From NCBI GenBank assembly GCA_964016885.1, contig OZ024744.1:930001-994000 (forward strand): a stretch of DNA of 64,000 nt. The letters are read 5' to 3'. Made by a program: the position numbers and the translations under genes. Positions 27,420 to 39,749 of this stretch are shown piece by piece. This DNA comes from Eledone cirrhosa (Eukaryota). The notes beneath the pieces are model-generated. The model searched no databases. It saw nothing but the letters and a program-made list of their open reading frames with translations, and had not been told where the DNA came from. Position 1 is the first letter of the stretch; each line of letters starts with the position of its first letter.

Positions 27420-30400
27420 AAGTTTTGAGGGAAGACAATGTAGAGAAAGATAGCTTGATGAAGAACGAAGTTTTGAGGGAAGACAAGGTAGAGAAAGATA
27501 GCTTGATGAAGTACAAAGTTTTGGGGGAAGACAAGGTAGAGAAAGATAGCTTGGTGAAGAACGAAGTTTTGAGGGAAGACAAGGTAGAGAAAGATAGCTT
27601 GATGAAGAACGAAGTTTTGAGGGAAGACAAGGTAGAGAAAGATAGCTTGGTGAAGAACGAAGTTTTGAGGGAAGACAAAGTATAGAAAGATAGCTTGGTG
27701 AAGAACGAAGTTTTGGGGGAAGACAAGGTAGAGAAAGATAGCTTGATGAAGAACGAAGTTTTGGGGGAAGACAAGGTAGAGAAAGATAGCTTGGTGAAGA
27801 ACGAAGTTTTGAGGGAAGACAAGGTAGAGAAAGATAGCTTGGTGAAGAACGAAGTTTTGGGGGAAGACAAGGTAGAGAAAGATAGCTTGGTGAAGAACGA
27901 AGTTTTGAGGGAAGACAAGGTAGAGAAAGATAGTTGGTGAAGAACGAAATTTTGAGCGAAGACAAGGTAGAGAAAGATAGCTTGGTGAAGAACGACGTTT
28001 TGAGGGAAGACAAGGTAGAGAAAGATAGCTTGGTGAAGAACGACGTTTTGAGGGAAGACAAGGTAGAGAAAGATAGCTTGGTGAAGAACGAAGTTTTGGG
28101 GGAAGACAAGGTAGAGAAAGATAGCTTGATGAAGTACGAAGTTTTGGGGGAAGACAAGGTAGAGAAAGATAGCTTGGTGAAGAACGACGTTTTGTGGGAA
28201 GACAAGGTAGAGAAACATAGTTGGTGAAGAACGAAATTTTGAGGGAAGACAAGGTAGAGAAAGATAGCTTGGTGAAGAACGAAGTTTTGAGGGAAGACAA
28301 GGTAGAGAAAGATAGCTTGATGAAGAACGAAGTTTTGAGGGAAGACAAGGTAGAGAAAGATAGCTTGGTGAAGAACGAAGTTTTGGGGGAAGACAAGGTA
28401 GAGAAATATAGCTCGGTGAAGAACGAAGTTTTGAGGGAAGACAAGGTAGAGAAAGATAGCTTGGTGAAGGACGAAGTTTTGGGGGAAGACAAGGTAGAGA
28501 AAGATAGCTTGGGGAAGAACGAAGTTTTGAGGGAAGACAAGGTAGAGAAAGATAGCTTGATGAAGAACGAAGTTTTGAGGGAAGACAAGGTAGAGAAAGA
28601 TAGCTTGGTGAAGAACGAAGTTTTGGGGGAAGACAAGGTAGAGAAAGATAGCTTGGTGAAGAACGAATTTTTGAGGGAAGACAAGGTAGAGAAAGATAGC
28701 TTGATGAAGAACGAAGTTTTGAGGGAAGACAAGGTAGAGAAAGATAGCTTGGTGAAGAACGAAGTTTTGAGGGAAGACAAAGTATAGAAAGATAGCTTGG
28801 TGAAGAACGGAGTTTTGGGGGAAGACAATGTAGAGAAAGATAGCTTGATGAAGAACGAAGTTTTGGGGGAAGACAAGGTAGAGAAAGATAGCTTGGTGAA
28901 GAACGAAGTTTTGAGGGAAGACAAGGTAGAGAAAGATAGCTTGGTGAAGAACGAAGTTTTGGGGGAAGACAAGGTAGAGAAAGATAGCTTGGTGAAGAAC
29001 GAAGTTTTGAGGGAAGACAAGGTAGAGAAAGATAGTTGGTGAAGAACGAAATTTTGAGCGAAGACAAGGTAGAGAAAGATAGCTTGGTGAAGAACGACGT
29101 TTTGAGGGAAGACAAGGTAGAGAAAGATAGCTTGGTGAAGAACGACGTTTTGAGGGAAGACAAGGTAGAGAAAGATAGCTTGGTGAAGAACGAAGTTTTG
29201 GGGGAAGACAAGGTAGAGAAAGATAGCTTGATGAAGTACGAAGTTTTGGGGGAAGACAAGGTAGAGAAAGATAGCTTGGTGAAGAACGACGTTTTGTGGG
29301 AAGACAAGGTAGAGAAACATAATTGGTGAAGAACGAAATTTTGAGGGAAGACAAGGTAGAGAAAGATAGCTTGGTGAAGAACGAAGTTTTGAGGGAAGAC
29401 AAGGTAGAGAAAGATAGCTTGATGAAGAACGAAGTTTTGAGGGAAGACAAGGTAGAGAAAGATAGCTTGGTGAAGAACGAAGTTTTGGGGGAAGACAAGG
29501 TAGAGAAATATAGCTCGGTGAAGAACGAAGTTTTGAGGGAAGACAAGGTAGAGAAAGATAGCTTGGTGAAGGACGAAGTTTTGGGGGAAGACAAGGTAGA
29601 GAAAGATAGCTTGGTGAAGAACGAAGTTTTGAGGGAAGACAAGGTAGAGAAAGATAGCTTGATGAAGAACGAAGTTTTGAGGGAAGACAAGGTAGAGAAA
29701 GATAGCTTGGTGAAGAACGAAGTTTTGGGGGAAGACAAGGTAGAGAAAGATAGCTTGGTGAAGAACGAAGTTTTGAGGGAAGACAAGGTAGTGAAAGATA
29801 GCTTGATGAAGTACGAAGTTTTGGGGGAAGACAAGGTAGAGAAAGATAGCTTGGTGAAGAACGAAGTTTTGAGGGAAGACAAGGTAGAGAAAGATAGCTT
29901 GATGAAGAACGAAGTTTTGAGGGAAGACAAGGTAGAGAAAGATAGCTTGGTGAAGAACGAAGTTTTGAGGGAAGACAAGGTAGAGAAAGATAGCTTGATG
30001 AAGAACGAAGTTTTGAGGGAAGACAAGGTAGAGAAAGATAGCTTGATGAAGTACGAAGTTTTGGGGGAAGACAAGGTAGAGAAAGAAATATTGGTGAAGA
30101 ACGAAGTTTTGAGGGAAGACAAGGTAGAGAAAGATAGCTTGGTGAAGAACGAAATTTTGAGGGAGGACAAAGTATAGAAAGATAGCTTGGTGAAGAACGA
30201 AGTTTTGAGGGAAGACAATGTAGAGAAAGATAGCTTGATGAAGAACGAAGTTTTGAGGGAAGACAAGGTAGAGAAAGATAGCTTGATGAAGTACAAAGTT
30301 TTGGGGGAAGACAAGGTAGAGAAAGATAGCTTGGTGAAGAACGAAGTTTTGAGGGAAGACAAGGTAGAGAAAGATAGCTTGATGAAGAACGAAGTTTTGA

Positions 30401-32960
30401 GGGAAGACAAGGTAGAGAAAGATAGCTTGGTGAAGAACGAAGTTTTGAGGGAAGACAAAGTATAGAAAGATAGCTTGGTGAAGAACGAAGTTTTGGGGGA
30501 AGACAAGGTAGAGAAAGATAGCTTGATGAAGAACGAAGTTTTGGGGGAAGACAAGGTAGAGAAAGATAGCTTGGTGAAGAACGAAGTTTTGAGGGAAGAC
30601 AAGGTAGAGAAAGATAGCTTGGTGAAGAACGAAGTTTTGGGGGAAGACAAGGTAGAGAAAGATAGCTTGGTGAAGAACGAAGTTTTGAGGGAAGACAAGG
30701 TAGAGAAAGATAGTTGGTGAAGAACGAAATTTTGAGCGAAGACAAGGTAGAGAAAGATAGCTTGGTGAAGAACGACGTTTTGAGGGAAGACAAGGTAGAG
30801 AAAGATAGCTTGGTGAAGAACGACGTTTTGAGGGAAGACAAGGTAGAGAAAGATAGCTTGGTGAAGAACGAAGTTTTGGGGGAAGACAAGGTAGAGAAAG
30901 ATAGCTTGATGAAGTACGAAGTTTTGGGGGAAGACAAGGTAGAGAAAGATAGCTTGGTGAAGAACGACGTTTTGTGGGAAGACAAGGTAGAGAAACATAG
31001 TTGGTGAAGAACGAAATTTTGAGGGAAGACAAGGTAGAGAAAGATAGCTTGGTGAAGAACGAAGTTTTGAGGGAAGACAAGGTAGAGAAAGATAGCTTGA
31101 TGAAGAACGAAGTTTTGAGGGAAGACAAGGTAGAGAAAGATAGCTTGGTGAAGAACGAAGTTTTGGGGGAAGACAAGGTAGAGAAATATAGCTCGGTGAA
31201 GAACGAAGTTTTGAGGGAAGACAAGGTAGAGAAAGATAGCTTGGTGAAGGACGAAGTTTTGGGGGAAGACAAGGTAGAGAAAGATAGCTTGGTGAAGAAC
31301 GAAGTTTTGAGGGAAGACAAGGTAGAGAAAGATAGCTTGATGAAGAACGAAGTTTTGAGGGAAGACAAGGTAGAGAAAGATAGCTTGGTGAAGAACGAAG
31401 TTTTGGGGGAAGACAAGGTAGAGAAAGATAGCTTGGTGAAGAACGAATTTTTGAGGGAAGACAAGGTAGAGAAAGATAGCTTGATGAAGAACGAAGTTTT
31501 GAGGGAAGACAAGGTAGAGAAAGATAGCTTGGTGAAGAACGAAGTTTTGAGGGAAGACAAAGTATAGAAAGATAGCTTGGTGAAGAACGGAGTTTTGGGG
31601 GAAGACAATGTAGAGAAAGATAGCTTGATGAAGAACGAAGTTTTGGGGGAAGACAAGGTAGAGAAAGATAGCTTGGTGAAGAACGAAGTTTTGAGGGAAG
31701 ACAAGGTAGAGAAAGATAGCTTGGTGAAGAACGAAGTTTTGGGGGAAGACAAGGTAGAGAAAGATAGCTTGGTGAAGAACGAAGTTTTGAGGGAAGACAA
31801 GGTAGAGAAAGATAGTTGGTGAAGAACGAAATTTTGAGCGAAGACAAGGTAGAGAAAGATAGCTTGGTGAAGAACGACGTTTTGAGGGAAGACAAGGTAG
31901 AGAAAGATAGCTTGGTGAAGAACGACGTTTTGAGGGAAGACAAGGTAGAGAAAGATAGCTTGGTGAAGAACGAAGTTTTGGGGGAAGACAAGGTAGAGAA
32001 AGATAGCTTGATGAAGTACGAAGTTTTGGGGGAAGACAAGGTAGAGAAAGATAGCTTGGTGAAGAACGACGTTTTGTGGGAAGACAAGGTAGAGAAACAT
32101 AATTGGTGAAGAACGAAGTTTTGAGGGAAGACAAGGTAGAGAAAGATAGCTTGATGAAGAACGAAGTTTTGAGGGAAGACAAGGTAGAGAAAGATAGCTT
32201 GGTGAAGAACGAAGTTTTGGGGGAAGACAAGGTAGAGAAATATAGCTCGGTGAAGAACGAAGTTTTGAGGGAAGACAAGGTAGAGAAAGATAGCTTGGTG
32301 AAGGACGAAGTTTTGGGGGAAGACAAGGTAGAGAAAGATAGCTTGGTGAAGAACGAAGTTTTGAGGGAAGACAAGGTAGAGAAAGATAGCTTGATGAAGA
32401 ACGAAGTTTTGAGGGAAGACAAGGTAGAGAAAGATAGCTTGGTGAAGAACGAAGTTTTGGGGGAAGACAAGGTAGAGAAAGATAGCTTGGTGAAGAACGA
32501 AGTTTTGAGGGAAGACAAGGTAGTGAAAGATAGCTTGATGAAGTACGAAGTTTTGGGGGAAGACAAGGTAGAGAAAGATAGCTTGGTGAAGAACGAAGTT
32601 TTGAGGGAAGACAAGGTAGAGAAAGATAGCTTGATGAAGAACGAAGTTTTGAGGGAAGACAAGGTAGAGAAAGATAGCTTGGTGAAGAACGAAGTTTTGA
32701 GGGAAGACAAGGTAGAGAAAGATAGCTTGATGAAGAACGGAGTTTTGAGGGAAGACAAGGTAGAGAAAGATAGCTTGATGAAGTACGAAGTTTTGGGGGA
32801 AGACAAGGTAGAGAAAGAAATATTGGTGAAGAACGAAGTTTTGAGGGAAGACAAGGTAGAGAAAGATAGCTTGATGAAGAACGAAGTTTTGAGGGAAGAC
32901 AAGGTAGAGAAAGATAGCTTGGTGAAGAACGAAATTTTGAGGGAGGACAAAGTATAGAAA
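27420..32960 (+). repeat. Tandem duplication, period 2780 bp (58 monomers)
   Basis: 27695/30475, 27934/30714, 28221/31001, 28797/31577 and 29036/31816 match. The GAATTT and AACGGA markers are shared. Confidence 0.87.
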
Positions 32961-34399
32961 GATAGCTTGGTGAAGAACGAAGTTTTGGGTGAAGACAATG
33001 TAGAGAAAGATAGCTTGATGAAGAACGAAGTTTTGGGGGAAGACAAGGTAGAGAAAGATAGCTTGGTGAAGAACGAAGTTTTGAGGGAAGACAAGGTAGA
33101 GAAAGATAGCTTGGTGAAGAACGAAGTTTTGAGGGAAGACAAGGTAGAGAAAGATAGCTTGGTGAAGAACGACGTTTTGGGTGAAGACAATGTAGAGAAA
33201 GATAGCTTGATGAAGAACGAAGTTTTGGGGGAAGACAAGGTAGAGAAAGATAGCTTGGTGAAGAACGAAGTTTTGAGGGAAGACAAGGTAGAGAAAGATA
33301 GTTGGTGAAGAACGAAATTTTGAGCGAAGACAAGGTAGAGAAAGATAGCTTGGTGAAGAACGACGTTTTGAGGGAAGACAAGGTAGAGAAAGATAGCTTG
33401 GTGAAGAACGACGTTTTGAGGGAAGACAAGGTAGAGAAAGATAGCTTGGTGAAGAACGAAGTTTTGGGGGAAGACAAGGTAGAGAAAGATAGCTTGATGA
33501 AGTACGAAGTTTTGGGGGAAGACAAGGTAGAGAAAGATAGCTTGGTGAAGAACGACGTTTTGTGGGAAGACAAGGTAGAGAAACATAGTTGGTGAAGAAC
33601 GAAATTTTGGGGGAAGACAAGGTAGAGAATGATAGCTTGGTGAAGAACGAAGTTTTGAGGGAAGACAAGGTAGAGAAAGATAGCTTGATGAAGAACGAAG
33701 TTTTGAGGGAAGACAAGGTAGAGAAAGATAGCTTGGTGAAGAACGAAGTTTTGGGGGAAGACAAGGTAGAGAAATATAGCTCGGTGAAGAACGAAGTTTT
33801 GAGGGAAGACAAGGTAGAGAAAGATAGCTTGGTGAAGGACGAAGTTTTGGGGGAAGACAAGGTAGAGAAAGATAGCTTGGTGAAGAACGAAGTTTTGGGG
33901 GAAGACAAGGTAGAGAAAGATAGCTTGGTGAAGAACGAAGTTTTGAGGGAAGACAAGGTAGAGAAAGATAGCTTGATGAAGAACGAAATTTTGAGGGAAG
34001 ACAAGGTAGAGAAAGATAGCTTGGTGAAGAACGAAGTTTTGAGGGAAGACAAAGTATAGAAAGATAGCTTGGTGAAGAACGAAGTTTTGGGGGAAGACAA
34101 TGTAGAGAAAGATAGCTTGATGAAGAACGAAGTTTTGGGGGAAGACAAGGTAGAGAAAGATAGCTTGGTGAAGAACGAAGTTTTGAGGGAAGACAAGGTA
34201 GAGAAAGATAGCTTGGTGAAGAACGAAGTTTTGGGGGAAGACAAGGTAGTGAAAGATAGCTTGGTGAAGAACGAAGTTTTGAGGAAAGACAAGGTAGAGA
34301 AAGATAGTTGGTGAAGAACGAAATTTTGAGCGAAGACAAGGTAGAGAAAGATAGCTTGGTGAAGAACGACGTTTTGAGGGAAGACAAGGTAGAGAAAGA

Positions 34400-37300
34400 T
34401 AGCTTGGTGAAGAACGACGTTTTGAGGGAAGACAAGGTAGAGAAAGATAGCTTGGTGAAGAACGAAGTTTTGGGGGAAGACAAGGTAGAGAAAGATAGCT
34501 TGATGAAGTACGAAGTTTTGGGGGAAGACAAGGTAGAGAAAGATAGCTTGGTGAAGAACGACGTTTTGTGGGAAGACAAGGTAGAGAAACATAATTGGTG
34601 AAGAACGAAGTTTTGAGGGAAGACAAGGTAGAGAAAGATAGCTTGATGAAGAACGAAGTTTTGAGGGAAGACAAGGTAGAGAAAGATAGCTTGGTGAAGA
34701 ACGAAGTTTTGGGGGAAGACAAGGTAGAGAAAGATAGCTTGGTGAAGAACGAAGTTTTGAGGGAAGACAAGGTAGAGAAAGATAGCTTGATGAAGTACGA
34801 AGTTTTGGGGGAAGACAAGGTAGAGAAAGATAGCTTGGTGAAGAACGAAGTTTTGAGGGAAGACAAGGTAGAGAAAGATAGCTTGATGAAGAACGAAGTT
34901 TTGAGGGAAGACAAGGTAGAGAAAGATAGCTTGGTGAAGAACGAAGTTTTGAGGGAAGACAAGGTAGAGAAAGATAGCTTGATGAAGAACGAAGTTTTGA
35001 GGGAAGACAAGGTAGAGAAAGATAGCTTGATGAAGTACGAAGTTTTGGGGGAAGACAAGGTAGAGAAAGAAATATTGGTGAAGAACGAAGTTTTGAGGGA
35101 AGACAAGGTAGAGAAAGATAGCTTGATGAAGAACGAAGTTTTGAGGGAAGACAAGGTAGAGAAAGATAGCTTGGTGAAGAACGAAATTTTGAGGGAGGAC
35201 AAAGTATAGAAAGATAGCTTGGTGAAGAACGAAGTTTTGGGTGAAGACAATGTAGAGAAAGATAGCTTGATGAAGAACGAAGTTTTGGGGGAAGACAAGG
35301 TAGAGAAAGATAGCTTGGTGAAGAACGAAGTTTTGAGGGAAGACAAGGTAGAGAAAGATAGCTTGGTGAAGAACGAAGTTTTGAGGGAAGACAAGGTAGA
35401 GAAAGATAGCTTGGTGAAGAACGACGTTTTGGGTGAAGACAATGTAGAGAAAGATAGCTTGATGAAGAACGAAGTTTTGGGGGAAGACAAGGTAGAGAAA
35501 GATAGCTTGGTGAAGAACGAAGTTTTGAGGGAAGACAAGGTAGAGAAAGATAGTTGGTGAAGAACGAAATTTTGAGCGAAGACAAGGTAGAGAAAGATAG
35601 CTTGGTGAAGAACGACGTTTTGAGGGAAGACAAGGTAGAGAAAGATAGCTTGGTGAAGAACGAAGTTTTGGGGGAAGACAAGGTAGAGAAAGATAGCTTG
35701 GTGAAGAACGAAGTTTTGAGGGAAGACAAGGTAGAGAAAGATAGCTTGGTGAAGAACGAAGTTTTGGGGGAAGACAAGGTAGAGAAAGATAGCTTGGTGA
35801 AGAACGAAGTTTTGAGGGAAGACAAGGTAGAGAAAGATAGTTGGTGAAGAACGAAGTTTTGAGGGAAGACAAGGTAGAGAAAGATAGCTTGGTGAAGAAC
35901 GACGTTTTGAGGGAAGACAAGGTAGAGAAAGATAGCTTGGTGAAGAACGACGTTTTGAGGGAAGACAAGGTAGAGAAAGATAGCTTGGTGAAGAACGAAG
36001 TTTTGGGGGAAGACAAGGTAGAGAAAGATAGCTTGGTGAAGAACGAAGTTTTGAGGGAAGACAAGGTAGAGAAAGATAGCCTGGTGAAGAACGAAGTTTT
36101 GGGGGATGACAAAGTAGAGAAAGATAGCTTGGTGAAGAACGAAGTTTTGGGGGAAGACAAGGTAGAGAAAGATAGCTTGATGAAGAACGAAGTTTTGGGG
36201 GAAGACAAGGTAGAGTAAGATAGCTTGGTGAAGAACGAAGTTTTGAGGGAAGACAGGGTAGAGAGAGATAGCTTGGTGAAGAACGTGGTTTTGGGGGAAG
36301 ACAAGGTAGAGAAAGATAGCTTGGTGAAGAACGTAGTTTTGCGGGAAGACAAGGTAGAGAAAGATAGCTTGGTGAAGAACGACGTTTTGAGGGAAGACAA
36401 GGTAGAGAAAGATAGCTTGGTGAAGAACGAAGTTTTGGGGGAAGACAAGGTAGAGAAAGATAGCTTGATGAAGTACGAAGTTTTGGGGGAAGACAAGGTA
36501 GAGAAAGATAGCTTGGTGAAGAACGACGTTTTGTGGGAAGACAAGGTAGAGAAACATAATTGGTGAAGAACGAAGTTTTGAGGGAAGACAAGGTAGAGAA
36601 AGATAGCTTGATGAAGAACGAAGTTTTGAGGGAAGACAAGGTAGAGAAAGATAGCTTGGTGAAGAACGAAGTTTTGGGGGAAGACAAGGTAGAGAAAGAT
36701 AGCTTGGTGAAGAACGAAGTTTTGAGGGAAGACAAGGTAGAGAAAGATAGCTTGATGAAGTACGAAGTTTTGGGGGAAGACAAGGTAGAGAAAGATAGCT
36801 TGGTGAAGAACGAAGTTTTGAGGGAAGACAAGGTAGAGAAAGATAGCTTGATGAAGAACGAAGTTTTGAGGGAAGACAAGGTAGAGAAAGATAGCTTGGT
36901 GAAGAACGAAGTTTTGAGGGAAGACAAGGTAGAGAAAGATAGCTTGATGAAGAACGAAGTTTTGAGGGAAGACAAGGTAGAGAAAGATAGCTTGATGAAG
37001 TACGAAGTTTTGGGGGAAGACAAGGTAGAGAAAGAAATATTGGTGAAGAACGAAGTTTTGAGGGAAGACAAGGTAGAGAAAGATAGCTTGATGAAGAACG
37101 AAGTTTTGAGGGAAGACAAGGTAGAGAAAGATAGCTTGGTGAAGAACGAAATTTTGAGGGAGGACAAAGTATAGAAAGATAGCTTGGTGAAGAACGAAGT
37201 TTTGGGTGAAGACAATGTAGAGAAAGATAGCTTGATGAAGAACGAAGTTTTGGGGGAAGACAAGGTAGAGAAAGATAGCTTGGTGAAGAACGAAGTTTTG

Positions 37301-38280
37301 AGGGAAGACAAGGTAGAGAAAGATAGCTTGGTGAAGAACGAAGTTTTGAGGGAAGACAAGGTAGAGAAAGATAGCTTGGTGAAGAACGACGTTTTGGGTG
37401 AAGACAATGTAGAGAAAGATAGCTTGATGAAGAACGAAGTTTTGGGGGAAGACAAGGTAGAGAAAGATAGCTTGGTGAAGAACGAAGTTTTGAGGGAAGA
37501 CAAGGTAGAGAAAGATAGTTGGTGAAGAACGAAATTTTGAGCGAAGACAAGGTAGAGAAAGATAGCTTGGTGAAGAACGACGTTTTGAGGGAAGACAAGG
37601 TAGAGAAAGATAGCTTGGTGAAGAACGAAGTTTTGGGGGAAGACAAGGTAGAGAAAGATAGCTTGGTGAAGAACGAAGTTTTGAGGGAAGACAAGGTAGA
37701 GAAAGATAGCTTGGTGAAGAACGAAGTTTTGGGGGAAGACAAGGTAGAGAAAGATAGCTTGGTGAAGAACGAAGTTTTGAGGGAAGACAAGGTAGAGAAA
37801 GATAGTTGGTGAAGAACGAAGTTTTGAGGGAAGACAAGGTAGAGAAAGATAGCTTGGTGAAGAACGACGTTTTGAGGGAAGACAAGGTAGAGAAAGATAG
37901 CTTGGTGAAGAACGACGTTTTGAGGGAAGACAAGGTAGAGAAAGATAGCTTGGTGAAGAACGAAGTTTTGGGGGAAGACAAGGTAGAGAAAGATAGCTTG
38001 GTGAAGAACGAAGTTTTGAGGGAAGACAAGGTAGAGAAAGATAGCCTGGTGAAGAACGAAGTTTTGGGGGATGACAAAGTAGAGAAAGATAGCTTGGTGA
38101 AGAACGAAGTTTTGGGGGAAGACAAGGTAGAGAAAGATAGCTTGATGAAGAACGAAGTTTTGGGGGAAGACAAGGTAGAGTAAGATAGCTTGGTGAAGAA
38201 CGAAGTTTTGAGGGAAGACAGGGTAGAGAGAGATAGCTTGGTGAAGAACGTGGTTTTGGGGGAAGACAAGGTAGAGAAAG
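34400..38280 (+). repeat. Tandem duplication, period 1965 bp (41 monomers)
   Basis: 34595/36560, 35219/37184, 35554/37519, 35841/37806 and 36225/38190 match. Confidence 0.87.
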
Positions 38281-39749
38281 ATAGCTTGGTGAAGAACGAA
38301 GTTTTGCGGGAAGACAAGGTAGAGAAATATAGCTCGGTGAAGAACGAGGTTTTGAGGGAAGACAAGGTAGAGAAAGATAGCTTGGTGAAGAACGAAGTTT
38401 TGAGGGAAGACAATGTAGAGAAAGATAGCTTGATGAAGAACGAAGTTTTGAGGGAAGACAAGGTAGAGAAAGATAGCTTGATGAAGTACAAAGTTTTGGG
38501 GGAAGACAAGGTAGAGAAAGATAGCTTGGTGAAGAACGAAGTTTTGAGGGAAGACAAGGTAGAGAAAGATAGCTTGATGAAGAACGAAGTTTTGAGGGAA
38601 GACAAGGTAGAGAAAGATAGCTTGGTGAAGAACGAAGTTTTGAGGGAAGACAAAGTATAGAAAGATAGCTTGGTGAAGAACGAAGTTTTGGGGGAAGACA
38701 AGGTAGAGAAAGATAGCTTGATGAAGAACGAAGTTTTGGGGGAAGACAAGGTAGAGAAAGATAGCTTGGTGAAGAACGAAGTTTTGAGGGAAGACAAGGT
38801 AGAGAAAGATAGCTTGGTGAAGAACGAAGTTTTGGGGGAAGACAAGGTAGAGAAAGATAGCTTGGTGAAGAACGAAGTTTTGAGGGAAGACAAGGTAGAG
38901 AAAGATAGTTGGTGAAGAACGAAATTTTGAGCGAAGACAAGGTAGAGAAAGATAGCTTGGTGAAGAACGACGTTTTGAGGGAAGACAAGGTAGAGAAAGA
39001 TAGCTTGGTGAAGAACGACGTTTTGAGGGAAGACAAGGTAGAGAAAGATAGCTTGGTGAAGAACGAAGTTTTGGGGGAAGACAAGGTAGAGAAAGATAGC
39101 TTGATGAAGTACGAAGTTTTGGGGGAAGACAAGGTAGAGAAAGATAGCTTGGTGAAGAACGACGTTTTGTGGGAAGACAAGGTAGAGAAACATAGTTGGT
39201 GAAGAACGAAATTTTGAGGGAAGACAAGGTAGAGAAAGATAGCTTGGTGAAGAACGAAGTTTTGAGGGAAGACAAGGTAGAGAAAGATAGCTTGATGAAG
39301 AACGAAGTTTTGAGGGAAGACAAGGTAGAGAAAGATAGCTTGGTGAAGAACGAAGTTTTGGGGGAAGACAAGGTAGAGAAATATAGCTCGGTGAAGAACG
39401 AAGTTTTGAGGGAAGACAAGGTAGAGAAAGATAGCTTGGTGAAGGACGAAGTTTTGGGGGAAGACAAGGTAGAGAAAGATAGCTTGGTGAAGAACGAAGT
39501 TTTGAGGGAAGACAAGGTAGAGAAAGATAGCTTGATGAAGAACGAAGTTTTGAGGGAAGACAAGGTAGAGAAAGATAGCTTGGTGAAGAACGAAGTTTTG
39601 GGGGAAGACAAGGTAGAGAAAGATAGCTTGGTGAAGAACGAATTTTTGAGGGAAGACAAGGTAGAGAAAGATAGCTTGATGAAGAACGAAGTTTTGAGGG
39701 AAGACAAGGTAGAGAAAGATAGCTTGGTGAAGAACGAAGTTTTGAGGGA

